Notes under the pieces: model-generated
Databases searched by the model: none
The model's input: only the letters and a program-made list of their open reading frames with translations
Told to the model about the DNA's origin: nothing
In this document: positions 49,664 to 59,988 of the stretch, one piece after another
How positions within the stretch are numbered: the stretch's first letter is position 1
How the letters are laid out: each line of letters opens with the position of its first letter
Translations under genes and position numbers: made by a program
Assembly: GCA_029856435.1 (NCBI GenBank)
Contig: JAHQXB010000063.1
Coordinates: forward strand, 1 to 64,000
Length of the DNA stretch: 64,000 bases
Direction: 5' to 3'
Source: Candidatus Jordarchaeia archaeon
Lineage (GTDB): Archaea > Asgardarchaeota > Jordiarchaeia > Jordiarchaeales > Jordiarchaeaceae

Positions 49664-50782
49664 ATGGATACTGAGGAAAAGGTTCAGCGTGTCTTGCGTG
49701 GCTTGAGTGAGGTTATTACTGTTGAGGATTTGCGCAATTTGTTTGAGGTAGATAACCACCCTAAGGCTTACATAGGTGTTGAGCCTTCTGGATAAACCTT
49801 TTAGGCTTTCTAGGGTTCCAGAATATTTCATTTGGGCTGGGTGGTTTGGGCCTGGAAGGTTCAGGATTTGGTTCTTTGTGATGTGGATATGCATGTTCTC
49901 GAAGCGACTTGGCATGCTAAGATTAATGACAAGTTTGGTGGAAACATGGATACCATACACACCTGTGCAAAGTATATTGAGCACTGTTTACAAGCGTTGG
50001 GTGTAGATATTGGTAGGGTTCGTTTTCCAAAGGCTGAGGATCTTATGGATAGTTTGGATTATTGGGCCACAGTGATAAACATTGCTAAAAACACTACGCT
50101 GGCACGTATTAAGAGAGCTATGAGTATTATGGGCCGCAAAGTAGACGATGCTGAATCGGATTATTCAAAAACGCTTTATCCTTGCATACAAGTGGCTGAC
50201 ATCTTATATGCTGGTTTTAAGCTGTGTCTGGGTGGGACTGACCAGAGAAGAGCTCACATATTGGCGAGGGAGTTGGCTCCTAAGTTCGGCTTGGATTGGA
50301 AGCCGGTAGCGATTCACACTCCTCTCCTCATAGGCTTGGAGGGATTATCGAGGATGGAGGTTGAAGGTGTGAATGAGGATGTTTTAATGGAGGCCAAGAT
50401 GTCGAAATCCAAACCTCAAACAGCAATTTTTATACATGATAAGCCAGAGGAAATCAGGAGTAAAATCTCTGCTGCCTTTTGCCCACCTAAACAGGTAGAA
50501 TTCAATCCAATAATTGAAATAAATAGGCTTCTTCTTTTTTCCAGAGAAGGTTTCATTCTTCATGTGGAACGTGAGGAAAAATTTGGAGGGGATGTAGATT
50601 TTGAGAGCTTTGATGAATTGAAATCTGCCTACAGCGCCGGTAATCTCCATCCTCTGGACTTGAAACGGGCTACTGCAGAGGCACTCATTGCACTGCTGAA
50701 AAATGTTAGACAACATTTTGAAAAGAATAGTGAAGCCCGTAACCTTTTAGAAACATTAAAAAAGGCTACAGTGACCCGGTAA
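49664..50782 (+). CDS. tyrS: Tyrosyl-tRNA synthetase, intron-containing (exons 49664-49793 and 49824-50782; 362 aa)
   Basis: Spliced KAYIGVEPSGLFHLGW, YPCIQVADI, GGTDQRRAH, KMSKS, LHPLDLK. Confidence 0.95.
49794..49823 (+). other. 30-nt BHB intron in tyrS HIGH-motif region (creates in-frame TAA)
   Basis: CTGG-ATA-[AACCT..GGGTT stem-loop]-CCAG-AAT. Confidence 0.92.
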
Positions 50783-50823
50783 TAAACCTATGACTTTCTC
50801 ATTAATTTTTTCCTAAACCTCTT

Positions 50824-50930
50824 CTTAACCGGGGTTATTTAAGGCTTCTTTCCCCAAAAAAAGGTGGAAAAAACCATATTTTCTGGAAGCGAAAAGGAAA
50901 AAATTTAGTTGGAAAATTTATAGTAGGGAT
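50824..50930 (+). repeat. Dispersed ~100-bp repeat, copy 3
   Basis: CTTAACCGGGGTTATTTAAGGCTTCTTT..CCATATTTTCTGGAAGCGAAAAGGAAAAAA matches copies 1 and 2. Confidence 0.9.
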
Positions 50931-51031
50931 ACTTCCACGCAGGATCATAAGAAAACTTTATTTTGTTCGGGTTTAACATTGTGTTCAAGAGAATGTCGTT
51001 TGTTTCTCTTTGCTAGTTTGGATGGCTGATT

Positions 51032-51457
51032 ATGTCTTGTAATAATTTATATGAAGAATTGGAACGGTTGATATCAAAGCTCAGAACGATTTCTGAAAAC
51101 GGTACCCCCATTGTTGTGGAGGGCTATAAAGACGAGAGAAGCCTAAGAGAACTGGGAGTTCAAGGAATAATTCTCAAGTTATCTGGAAGAAAACTCATAG
51201 AAATCGCTGAGGAACTTGCCAATTATGAGAACTTTCTGATTCTAACCGACTTTGACCGCAAAGGACAAAATATGGCGCTGCGCCTCTTGGAGTATTTAGA
51301 TTACCACAAGGCGGAGTTGACGCTGAGTTTCAGGAGAAGATTTAAAAATTTAACCTCAAAAGTCACCTGCGACATAGAAGGATTAGCATCCTCATATTTC
51401 ACTCTTCAAAACAAAAACAATGAAAACATGGAATTCGAAGTTGAAAAATTCTTTTAA
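51032..51457 (+). CDS. Small Toprim-domain protein
   Basis: IVVEGYKDERSL, ILTDFDRKG, DIEGL. Confidence 0.9.
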   Translation: MSCNNLYEELERLISKLRTISENGTPIVVEGYKDERSLRELGVQGIILKLSGRKLIEIAEELANYENFLILTDFDRKGQNMALRLLEYLDYHKAELTLSFRRRFKNLTSKVTCDIEGLASSYFTLQNKNNENMEFEVEKFF

Positions 51458-51617
51458 GAATAAGTGGGAGAAAGACATAATTATATCCGAAAATACGTTA
51501 ATGTTAAAAATGGCATATTATCATGCTAAAGCTTAATTAAATAAACAGTCACTCTTACCAAAACTTCAATCATTATACACCCTTATTATCTTATTTCATT
51601 ATGGAGGTGACGCTTAC

Positions 51618-52850
51618 ATGGTTAATCGAAACGAGTTTAGCACAACAAAGTACATTATAAAAGCTAAAATAGAAGTAGACGGAGTTGTTGAAAAACCAGA
51701 CGTTGTAGGAGCAATATTTGGACAAACCGAGGGACTGCTGGGTTCTGAACTTGACCTGCGGGAGCTACAGAGAACTGGGCGAATAGGTAGAATAAAAGTT
51801 ACAATAGAATCGCATGGAGGCAAATCAACGGGAACAGTAATAATCCCCTCAAGCCTTGACAAAGTGGAAACTGCAATGCTAGCAGCCGCTGTGGAATCCG
51901 TTGACAGAGTAGGGCCATGTACCGCTCATGCAACCTTAGAGATAATTGAAGATGTACGAGAGGTTAAAAGAAGAAAGATTGTTCAGAGAGCAGCAGATAT
52001 TATAAGAAAATGGTCCGAAGAGGTGTCGCCTGAAAGTCAACAGCTCACAGACGAGGTTTTGGATGCAGTTCGAGTAGCTGAAATCACTAAGTACGGTCCT
52101 GAAGAATTACCAGCGGGACCAGCCATAGACAGCTCTGACGATATAATAATAGTTGAAGGGCGGGCGGATGTTCTTAATCTTTTGAGATGTGGTTATAAGA
52201 ACGTTATAGCGATGGAAGGAACAAGTATACCAAAGACTATAATCGATCTTAGCAAGAAAAAAACGATCACAGCCTTTCTAGATGGGGATAGGGGAGGGGA
52301 CTTGATTCTGAAGGAATTACAACAAGTAGCAGATATAGATTATGTGGCGCGAGCTCCTCAGGGAAGGGAGGTTGAAGAACTCACCCAAAAGGAAGTGGTT
52401 AAGGCCCTGAGAAACAGATTACCTGTAGAGCAATTAGAAGCAGAAGAACCCAAAAAGAAGGAGAAGGAGAAAAGAAGAGAGCAGGAAAAAGAAGAAAAAA
52501 AGGAAAGAGAGTTGGAAGAAAAAAAACCCAAAAGGATGGAAATTCCTCCCAAAATTAAGCTTCCAGAACAGATTCTGAGCTACCTGCACAACATCAAGGC
52601 TTCAAATAAGGCTGTACTTTTGGGGAAAAATTTTGAATTAATGGAAGAAATGGAGGTATCTTCGTTAGCAGAGCGTCTGAAAGAAGTGGACTCGGTTAGA
52701 GCCATCATTTTTGACGGAATTATTACTCAGAGGTTGGTGGACCTAGCTCAGGATAAAGGGGTGGAGTATATTTTAGGGGTAAGACAAGAGAATGTTACAA
52801 AGAAACCCTTAAATTTAAAGATTGTAGAGTTCAACGAGGTAATAACTTAA
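51618..52850 (+). CDS. dnaG: Archaeal DnaG (exosome-associated primase-like)
   Basis: DGVVEKPDVVGAIFGQTEGLLG, VEGRADV, DGDRGG, IIFDGIITQRL. Confidence 0.97.
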   Translation: MVNRNEFSTTKYIIKAKIEVDGVVEKPDVVGAIFGQTEGLLGSELDLRELQRTGRIGRIKVTIESHGGKSTGTVIIPSSLDKVETAMLAAAVESVDRVGPCTAHATLEIIEDVREVKRRKIVQRAADIIRKWSEEVSPESQQLTDEVLDAVRVAEITKYGPEELPAGPAIDSSDDIIIVEGRADVLNLLRCGYKNVIAMEGTSIPKTIIDLSKKKTITAFLDGDRGGDLILKELQQVADIDYVARAPQGREVEELTQKEVVKALRNRLPVEQLEAEEPKKKEKEKRREQEKEEKKERELEEKKPKRMEIPPKIKLPEQILSYLHNIKASNKAVLLGKNFELMEEMEVSSLAERLKEVDSVRAIIFDGIITQRLVDLAQDKGVEYILGVRQENVTKKPLNLKIVEFNEVIT

Positions 52851-52889
52851 AAATTTACACCCCGTTAGAAACTGTAGGGTGAGAAATTT

Positions 52890-54011
52890 TTGAAGGAAAA
52901 AAGTGAAAAGATTCGACATATTTCTACTTCCGTCCGTGAAGAGCCTTTAAAAAAGAAGGAACGAATGCAATATCTATCTGTGGTGGAGCTACAGCCATCA
53001 GGTTTTCCTTTCCGGCTTGTGGGAGAGGAGCCCCCTATAGCCTTATTGACCGACGACACTGAACTGTTCCAAGCATACGCTAGGGAACAGTGGGCGGGTA
53101 TTTGTGTTAAGAAGGGGGATTACCTATTTGACCAACTGGTTTTCCCAGATTTCGCCTTTAAGGTTTCCGACGCTCAGCCAGCTCGGGGAAGGATAGGTTT
53201 TTCCACACGTTTCATTCTTAAGAGGAAACCCTTCAGTGAGGAGAAGAGACCGTCAATTCGTTTCTCAGATGTTATAGGGCAAAACGAAGCTAAAAGCAAG
53301 TGTCTGATAATTAAAAAATATTTGGAAAATCCGAAAGCCTTTGGGGACTGGGCGCCGAGAAACATTCTGTTCTATGGGCCTCCAGGAACGGGGAAAACAA
53401 TGCTGGCTCAAGCACTGGCCAACGAAACAAATGCGCCCTTCTATTTAATTAAATCCACAGATTTGATAGGAGTTAATGTCGGTGATGCTTCAAGAAGGAT
53501 ACACTCTGTCTTCAAAATAGCGTCGGACAATGCGCCTAGCGTTATATACCTTGACGAAATTGACGCCATAGGGTTAGATCGCAGCTTCCAAAACATAAGA
53601 GGGGACGTATCAGAGGTAGTTAATGCTTTGTTGGGGGAGCTGGACGGATTAACCGCGAATTTTGGCGTTGTATGCATAGGAGCCACAAATAATCCTATCA
53701 TGCTAGATAAGGGAATCAGAAGCAGATTCGAAGAGGAAATAGAGTTCAAACTTCCCAACGCTGAAGAACGGGAACAAATTCTCAGACTCTACATATCAAA
53801 AATGCCCTTGCCGGTAAAAGTGGACATTAAAAAGATAGTTAGAAACACTGAAGGCTTCTCTGGAAGAGACCTTAAAGACAAAATCCTTAAAGCAGCGCTA
53901 CACAAAGCTATACTACAAGAGGAAAAATGTGTAACCCAAGACATAATAGACGCCGTACTTAAACAACTCAATGACAAATCACCAAAAGAAAAACCCAAAA
54001 TGTTCACTTGA
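52890..54011 (+). CDS. Archaeal AAA-family ATPase
   Basis: FSDVIGQ, WAPRNILFYGPPGTGKT, YLDEIDAI, RSRFEEEIEF. Confidence 0.92.
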   Translation: MKEKSEKIRHISTSVREEPLKKKERMQYLSVVELQPSGFPFRLVGEEPPIALLTDDTELFQAYAREQWAGICVKKGDYLFDQLVFPDFAFKVSDAQPARGRIGFSTRFILKRKPFSEEKRPSIRFSDVIGQNEAKSKCLIIKKYLENPKAFGDWAPRNILFYGPPGTGKTMLAQALANETNAPFYLIKSTDLIGVNVGDASRRIHSVFKIASDNAPSVIYLDEIDAIGLDRSFQNIRGDVSEVVNALLGELDGLTANFGVVCIGATNNPIMLDKGIRSRFEEEIEFKLPNAEEREQILRLYISKMPLPVKVDIKKIVRNTEGFSGRDLKDKILKAALHKAILQEEKCVTQDIIDAVLKQLNDKSPKEKPKMFT

Positions 54012-54069
54012 AATAATTTAAATTGTTAAACCCAAAAATTTCTATAAACAGTTTTCTACAGATTAACAG

Positions 54070-54621
54070 GTGCCAGTCTTGAAAATCATCGGCCTTGTAG
54101 GAATGCCGGGCAGCGGAAAGACATTAGCGGTAAATGTAGCAAAAAACTTGGGTATACCAGTAATATCAATGGGAGACGTGGTTCGTGAAGAGGTAAAATT
54201 AAGAGGCTTGGAGGAAACGCCCCAAAACGTAGGCTATGTGTCAAAGGATTTGAGGGAAAAAGAAGGCCCCCAAGCTGTGGCCCAAAGGATACTCGCCAAA
54301 ATTAAGAAGGAAAAGGCTCCCGTTATTCTTGTTGAGGGAATTAGAAGCCTCCAAGAGATAGAATTATTCAAGACACTCACATCTGACTTCACACTAGTCG
54401 CTATCCATTCGTCGCCCAAAACCCGCTACCGACGTTTAAGTGGAAGGGGACGGTCGGACGACGCTAAGGACATCAGAATTTTTCAGGAAAGAGACCTCAG
54501 AGAAATAAATTATGGGATAGGGGCGGCAATCGCTATGGCAGATTACATGATAGTAAATGAGGGCAGCGAATCAGAGCTGATGAGAAAAGTTCAAACAATT
54601 CTAGAGGGGATAATACAATGA
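54070..54621 (+). CDS. Nucleotide kinase / dephospho-CoA kinase-like (UPF0200)
   Basis: GLVGMPGSGK, SMGDVVREE, EGIRS, RGRSDD. Confidence 0.85.
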   Translation: MPVLKIIGLVGMPGSGKTLAVNVAKNLGIPVISMGDVVREEVKLRGLEETPQNVGYVSKDLREKEGPQAVAQRILAKIKKEKAPVILVEGIRSLQEIELFKTLTSDFTLVAIHSSPKTRYRRLSGRGRSDDAKDIRIFQERDLREINYGIGAAIAMADYMIVNEGSESELMRKVQTILEGIIQ

Positions 54622-55049
54622 TAGAAATGGAAATCGAAGCCCCAGTATACCACACTGAGAGTAGAGACAAAGTGGAAAAAGCTCTAAAGTCTGTCGTGGA
54701 CACAACCTACACTTTATTAGAGGGGGTAGGATTAAAGGTTCTTCGTGGCAAAGCTCAAGGTCTGGAGGGACTTGTGAAACTTCATCAACAGTTGAGGGAA
54801 CAACTCATAGTTGAATCGGCAAGAAAAATTTTGGTAAGAAACATAATGGGAAACACAGTAACATTCTACCTACATAAGCAAGCAGCCTTTATGGGAAAAA
54901 TACACTTCTGCCAACCAGAATCAGAATCCCCAATGGGTTCCATAAAAGTAACAATAAAAAGCACCAACATTGAGAAGCTGGTGGACTGGCTTACGCCAAA
55001 AACTATTGAGGGCAAGCCCTTAGAGAGGCCCCCACCAACAGACTGTTAA
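54618..55049 (+). CDS. UPF0201/DUF54 putative RNA-binding protein
   Basis: APVYHTESRDKVEKAL, LHKQAAFMG, WLTPKT. Confidence 0.8.
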   Translation: MIEMEIEAPVYHTESRDKVEKALKSVVDTTYTLLEGVGLKVLRGKAQGLEGLVKLHQQLREQLIVESARKILVRNIMGNTVTFYLHKQAAFMGKIHFCQPESESPMGSIKVTIKSTNIEKLVDWLTPKTIEGKPLERPPPTDC

Positions 55050-55067
55050 AAAAGGGAAGAAATAAAA

Positions 55068-55874
55068 TTGGCAGGTATGAAACTAGGCATCTCAACTATG
55101 CCCTTCATAAAAAGTCACTTCAACGAAATTGTGAAAACAATTGAGAATACTCCAGAAAATTTAGAATTGGACTGTTGGGAAATCATTGAAGAAGGATTCC
55201 ACTTTTTAAACCCGGAAAGAATAAAAATGTTAAAGAATGCCGCTTCAACATGCAAAATAAGTTATACAGTTCACGCTCCCTTCGCAGGAATCAACTTAGC
55301 CTCACCAGAGCCTCTCCAATCGGTTCTGCTAGATTTCATGGACAAGTCACTTGAAAGAAGCCACACCCTAGAGGCTGAAATATTTATAGTACACCCAGGG
55401 GTACTTTCACCCTTCACGATTCACTTCCCCGAATTAGCTTGGGAGAGCCTAAAAAACGCAATAAGACATCTGTGTAAGCTTTCAGAGGCTTTGGGCTCTC
55501 CTAAAATTGCAGTTGAAAATATGGCGCCACCTTATCCTTTTCTGGTTTCCCAAAGTCAAGATATAGAGAGGCTGTTTCAAGAACTTGAAGATTGTGAATT
55601 TGGTTTGTGTCTGGACATTGGACACGCCCAAAAATCGGGCGGAGTGAAAACCTTCATTAAACATGTGGAACAGTACGTAACACATGTGCATGCCCATGAT
55701 AATATTGGGGATGATGACGCTCACCTACAGGTTGGAAAGGGAATCGTTGATTGGAAATATGTTGTCGGCACACTTAAAAAACTAAATTTTGGAGGATATA
55801 TTGTTGTTGAGAATACTACCTTAGATGATGCTTATAATAGTGTGCGCTTTTTAAAATCAGTTATTAACCATTAG
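55068..55874 (+). CDS. Sugar phosphate isomerase / AP-endonuclease-2 TIM-barrel protein
   Basis: TVHAPF, IVHPG, AVENM, CLDIGHA, HVHAHDN..DAHL..G.G.VDW, VVEN. Confidence 0.88.
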   Translation: MAGMKLGISTMPFIKSHFNEIVKTIENTPENLELDCWEIIEEGFHFLNPERIKMLKNAASTCKISYTVHAPFAGINLASPEPLQSVLLDFMDKSLERSHTLEAEIFIVHPGVLSPFTIHFPELAWESLKNAIRHLCKLSEALGSPKIAVENMAPPYPFLVSQSQDIERLFQELEDCEFGLCLDIGHAQKSGGVKTFIKHVEQYVTHVHAHDNIGDDDAHLQVGKGIVDWKYVVGTLKKLNFGGYIVVENTTLDDAYNSVRFLKSVINH

Positions 55875-55886
55875 GTTTTCTCAGTA

Positions 55887-56789
55887 CTATTCCAGAACTA
55901 TCTCCATAAGATCCTCTCCTAGGATGCTGTTTTTAAAAATTTTTTTAGCTTGTTCCAAAAGTTCGTTGGAGTTCTTGTACCTTGAACTTATATGAGTAAG
56001 AATCAATTTTTGCACCCCCGCTTCTTTAGCCACTTTTGCAGCTTGGGTGGTTGTGGAGTGCTTTGTCTCCATTGCCTTTTCTTCCAAGTCTTCTCCATAT
56101 GTGCTATCATGTATTAGGATAGTGGCGCCTCTACTTATTCTTTTAACAGAGTCGCAGGGAGGAGTATCTCCTGAATAAACAATTCTTCTTCCAGGCCTTG
56201 GAGGATCCACCACTAGGTTTGGCTCTATTCTTCTCCCATCTGGAAGTGTAACGTTTTCGCCGTATTGTAATTTTTTCCATAGAGGTCCCATAGGTATTCC
56301 TAAAGCTCTAGCCTTTTCAGGATGGAATTTACCCGGCCTATCCTTTTCAATAAAGGCAAAGGCAAAAGAATTGTTGTGCTCCGTCCTTGTACATTCAATG
56401 GTATAGAGGTTCGTCTCACATACTAACCCTTCAGTAACCTCTTCGATATACACGTGGAATGTGAGAGTAAATTCTACCGTTGTCTCTATGGCTTTGACGA
56501 AGTCGGCAATGCCCTTTGGACCAAATATGTAGAGGGGTTTCTCACGGTTCATTAGAGAAAGTGTTTGCAATATTCCGGGAATGCCCATTATGTGGTCACC
56601 GTGAAGGTGAGTGATAAAAATTCTATTAATTCTGTTTACACTTAAATTTGCCTTCTCCATCTGTCTTTGTGTTCCCTCAGCACAGTCGAACAAAATAATC
56701 TCTCTATCTATCTTTATGGCTATTGCCGGAAGGTTCCTATCGGCAGTAGGCATTCCGCCAGAGGTTCCCAGCAGTACTATTTTCAGCAA
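55887..56789 (-). CDS. rnz: Ribonuclease Z
   Basis: LGTSGGMPT, FDCAEGTQRQ, THLHGDH, YSGDT, LTHISSRY. Confidence 0.96.
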   Translation of the reverse strand: MLKIVLLGTSGGMPTADRNLPAIAIKIDREIILFDCAEGTQRQMEKANLSVNRINRIFITHLHGDHIMGIPGILQTLSLMNREKPLYIFGPKGIADFVKAIETTVEFTLTFHVYIEEVTEGLVCETNLYTIECTRTEHNNSFAFAFIEKDRPGKFHPEKARALGIPMGPLWKKLQYGENVTLPDGRRIEPNLVVDPPRPGRRIVYSGDTPPCDSVKRISRGATILIHDSTYGEDLEEKAMETKHSTTTQAAKVAKEAGVQKLILTHISSRYKNSNELLEQAKKIFKNSILGEDLMEIVLE

Positions 56790-56792
56790 CTT

Positions 56793-57824
56793 TCACTTCC
56801 TCAGCACTATAATTTGACGTGTTAAACTCTTGTGTACCGGTATCAAATGTTTTTCTACTATTCGAAAACTTGTCCCCGAAATAAATTCATTTACATTGAT
56901 TGTTAAGGGAGTGCCCAGACAGACATATCCCTTTGGACTAGATAGTTCATCCAATTCCTGTAAGAAGAACTCAATAAGTTCCTCGGGGCGGGCGCCCTTA
57001 GTGGAGGCCGATCCTCCGTATGGAGGATCCGTTGCTATGCTGTCAAAACGGTTGAAGGGAAGATGCTTTGCGTCTGAAAGTATAATGTTCCAGTTGACTA
57101 CGTTGAAGTGTAGGAGGTTCCTTTTCGCGCCTCGAACCATTTTTTTGTCTACGTCGGAACCTATAGTTTTACAACCCATAAGGCCCGCCTCAATTAGAAG
57201 ACCTCCCGCTCCACAGAATGGATCCAAGAAGAATTCTTTGGGTCTAGCCCGGGAGAGATTAACCATGGCTCTGGCAAGATGGGGATTCATAGAGCTGGGA
57301 ATAAAGAAAGGCCTGAACTTTGCCTTTCTGAGACCTAAGGCCTTCCTTTCAGATTCCCTGACACTTATCCCAAATAGGAATACGCCGTCCGTTAAAACGC
57401 CATAAAACAATTTATCAGGGTTTTCAAGATTGGCCCTTGCCCCCACACTTCTATGAATGAAGGCGCCGATTTCTTTTTCCAAAAGGAGTGAACTCACCTC
57501 CGGTGAATAATTTTTTATGCGTTTCACTCTAACGGCAAAAGTTTCTCTGGCTGAGATGTGTTTCTGAAAATCTGTGTCTCGAAGCGAAGTCATTATCTGG
57601 TTGAAATCCGCTTCACATTTAAATAGTGAAATGCAGCATCTGTGAACCATTGCGGCGCGTTCAGCTATTCTTTGGCAGCTCTCTTCCTCCGCGTTTAAGA
57701 GTAGTATTTGGTCATATTTTTCTGCTTTATAATCCATGTTCAGGCTTTCAAGTATTGCTAAGCACTCTGCAATGGCTATTGTTGTGGTTTCTCCAGATAG
57801 AAGGTAAAAATGGTTTTTAATCAC
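56793..57824 (-). CDS. tRNA (guanine-N2)-methyltransferase Trm11/TrmG10 (THUMP + MTase)
   Basis: TFAVRVKR, RPFFIPSSM.P.LARAMVN, DPFCGAGG, ATDPPYG. Confidence 0.92.
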   Translation of the reverse strand: MIKNHFYLLSGETTTIAIAECLAILESLNMDYKAEKYDQILLLNAEEESCQRIAERAAMVHRCCISLFKCEADFNQIMTSLRDTDFQKHISARETFAVRVKRIKNYSPEVSSLLLEKEIGAFIHRSVGARANLENPDKLFYGVLTDGVFLFGISVRESERKALGLRKAKFRPFFIPSSMNPHLARAMVNLSRARPKEFFLDPFCGAGGLLIEAGLMGCKTIGSDVDKKMVRGAKRNLLHFNVVNWNIILSDAKHLPFNRFDSIATDPPYGGSASTKGARPEELIEFFLQELDELSSPKGYVCLGTPLTINVNEFISGTSFRIVEKHLIPVHKSLTRQIIVLRK

Positions 57825-58714
57825 TCTTTCAACGCCTCAGCGATAATAGGAGCTACAGACACTAAACTAACATCGCTGGGGACTGTGTCGGTTGCAATTA
57901 TTTCAGTTACTCCTGCGTTAAGAATCCTCAACCGGGAGTCCCCCACTAGGATGGCGTGAGTGCATGCGGCGTAAATTTTTGAGGCGCCTTGATTTTTAGC
58001 GATTTCAACTGCTTTAACCATAGTTCCGCCAGTACTGATAATGTCATCCACTACAACCACATCGTGATTGATGACATCGATCTCTTTACTCTTGGTTTCG
58101 ATTTCACCCGTGTACTTATCCCTAGACTTGCTGAGAACCACATATTCGGCGCCTAAAAATTCCGCGAGTTTTTTGGCCCTATTCGTAGCTCCTTCATCTG
58201 GGGAGATAATAACAGGCTTCATCAGTTCATACTTGTTTAAATATTCACCCAGAAGGGGAACAGCGCTCAAGTCCTTCACAGGAATTCTGAGATTCTCAAA
58301 AAGTCTTTTGTTATGAATATCAACTGTTATTATTTCGTCGGCACCCGCATTCTGGATTATGTTACAAACTATTTTTCCACTCACCGCTTCGCCGGGCAGA
58401 AATCTTTTGTCTTGTCGGGCGTAAGCAAAATAGGGAACAACCGCTGAAACCTTCGCTACGCCCAATTCTTTTAGAGTTTCAATTATGAAACAGAGCTCAA
58501 CTATACCTTGATCAGGGTTTGGAGGTATCGTGGACTGAACCACAATAGCGTGACGATTTTTTGGCGCCTCTTTAATTCTGATGTATTTCTCCCCATCTGG
58601 GAAGGTCTTGAACTCAACTGGAATAACTTCACATTTTAAACATCTAGAGATACGCAGACCCAAGAGTTGTGAACTGGGACCAGGTACTACTACTTTTTCC
58701 GACAAATTCATCAA
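57821..58714 (-). CDS. prs: Ribose-phosphate pyrophosphokinase
   Basis: FPDGEKYIR, PYFAYARQDKRF, SPDEGA, VDDIISTGGT. Confidence 0.96.
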   Translation of the reverse strand: MMNLSEKVVVPGPSSQLLGLRISRCLKCEVIPVEFKTFPDGEKYIRIKEAPKNRHAIVVQSTIPPNPDQGIVELCFIIETLKELGVAKVSAVVPYFAYARQDKRFLPGEAVSGKIVCNIIQNAGADEIITVDIHNKRLFENLRIPVKDLSAVPLLGEYLNKYELMKPVIISPDEGATNRAKKLAEFLGAEYVVLSKSRDKYTGEIETKSKEIDVINHDVVVVDDIISTGGTMVKAVEIAKNQGASKIYAACTHAILVGDSRLRILNAGVTEIIATDTVPSDVSLVSVAPIIAEALKE

Positions 58715-58918
58715 CTCTTCTCTAAAACATTAATCTACCAAATTTTCTAAAAATCTGCTCTTAACACGAGATAACTTACAGATATTTAAAGGCTGTTCAT
58801 CTTTATTCCTGATATATTAAAAATATTTTAGGTCAAATAAGCTCGCAAAAACATCCACAGAACATTATTTTGGGTTGCAGCATCTGACTACAATGTTTTA
58901 AAAGTTGGAAGGGTACAT

Positions 58919-59971
58919 ATGTATCTAGAAAACTCTTTAATTTTGGTGAAGCTTTTGCTAAAGGAAACAATGATTTACGAGAAGCTTGAAAATGACATGG
59001 TAAAATGCGGGATCTGTCCTCATCGCTGTTTAATTAAACCCGGAAAGAGAGGAAAATGTAAAACAAGAGAAAACAGAGAGGGGGTTCTCTACTCCCTTGT
59101 TTATTCTTCAATATCTGCGATGGCTAATGATCCCATTGAGAAAAAACCTCTGTTCCACTTTTATCCGGGTAGCACTGCCTTTTCTATATCAACAGTGGGT
59201 TGTACTTTTCATTGTCTCCACTGCCAAAACTGGAGCATCTCTCAAGCAGAGCCCGAATCTGGCTTAACTAGGGAGTTCCCACCAGAAGAGATTGTTTCAG
59301 CAGCTAAGAGAAGTGGTAGCCGTTCCATTGCATATACCTATAATGAGCCCTTCGTTTTCTACGAATTCGTCTATGATACTGCAAAGATTGCAAAGGAAAA
59401 CAACATAAAAAATATTCTGGTTACAAATGGATATGCTACACCTGAGGCCATAGAAAAAATAGCCCCTTTAATAGATGCAGCAAACATTGATGTGAAAGCA
59501 ATGAGCGAAGAATTTTACAAAGAAGTATGTGGGGCGCGGCTTCAACCAGTCTTAGACGCCGTGCTCCTCATGAAGGAGAAGGGCATTCATGTAGAAATTA
59601 CGTATCTGATAATCCCCCAGAAAAATGATAGTGCAGAGGAAATAAAGAGATTTGTAGAATGGGTTAAGGGTAATTTGGGACTGGATATACCCATCCATTT
59701 CTCAAGGTTTTATCCCCATTACAAAATGACAAATCTTAATCCCACCCCAGTTCAAACAGTCATTAAAGCCAGAGAAATCGGGCAAAAAGCAGGGCTGCAC
59801 TACGTCTATTGCGGGAATATACCGGGGCAGGGAGAGAACACGTATTGCTACAATTGTAACCAATTAATAGTGGGACGATGGGGATACTCAATAGAAGAGT
59901 ACAAACTTGCCAAAGGCAACACGTGCCCAAACTGCGGAACGAAGATAAACATGATTGGAGGAGGGGGATAG
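58919..59971 (+). CDS. AmmeMemoRadiSam-type radical SAM enzyme (start probably 58955-58970)
   Basis: CGICPHRC, DPIEKKPLFHFYPG, GCTFHCLHCQNW, YTYNEP, HFSRFYP. Confidence 0.9.
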   Translation: MYLENSLILVKLLLKETMIYEKLENDMVKCGICPHRCLIKPGKRGKCKTRENREGVLYSLVYSSISAMANDPIEKKPLFHFYPGSTAFSISTVGCTFHCLHCQNWSISQAEPESGLTREFPPEEIVSAAKRSGSRSIAYTYNEPFVFYEFVYDTAKIAKENNIKNILVTNGYATPEAIEKIAPLIDAANIDVKAMSEEFYKEVCGARLQPVLDAVLLMKEKGIHVEITYLIIPQKNDSAEEIKRFVEWVKGNLGLDIPIHFSRFYPHYKMTNLNPTPVQTVIKAREIGQKAGLHYVYCGNIPGQGENTYCYNCNQLIVGRWGYSIEEYKLAKGNTCPNCGTKINMIGGGG

Positions 59972-59988
59972 CTCCCATCTAAAATGTT

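Noticed and set aside
52430-52530. Purine-rich low-complexity tract in dnaG
   Set aside because: Encodes the usual Lys/Glu linker of archaeal DnaG.
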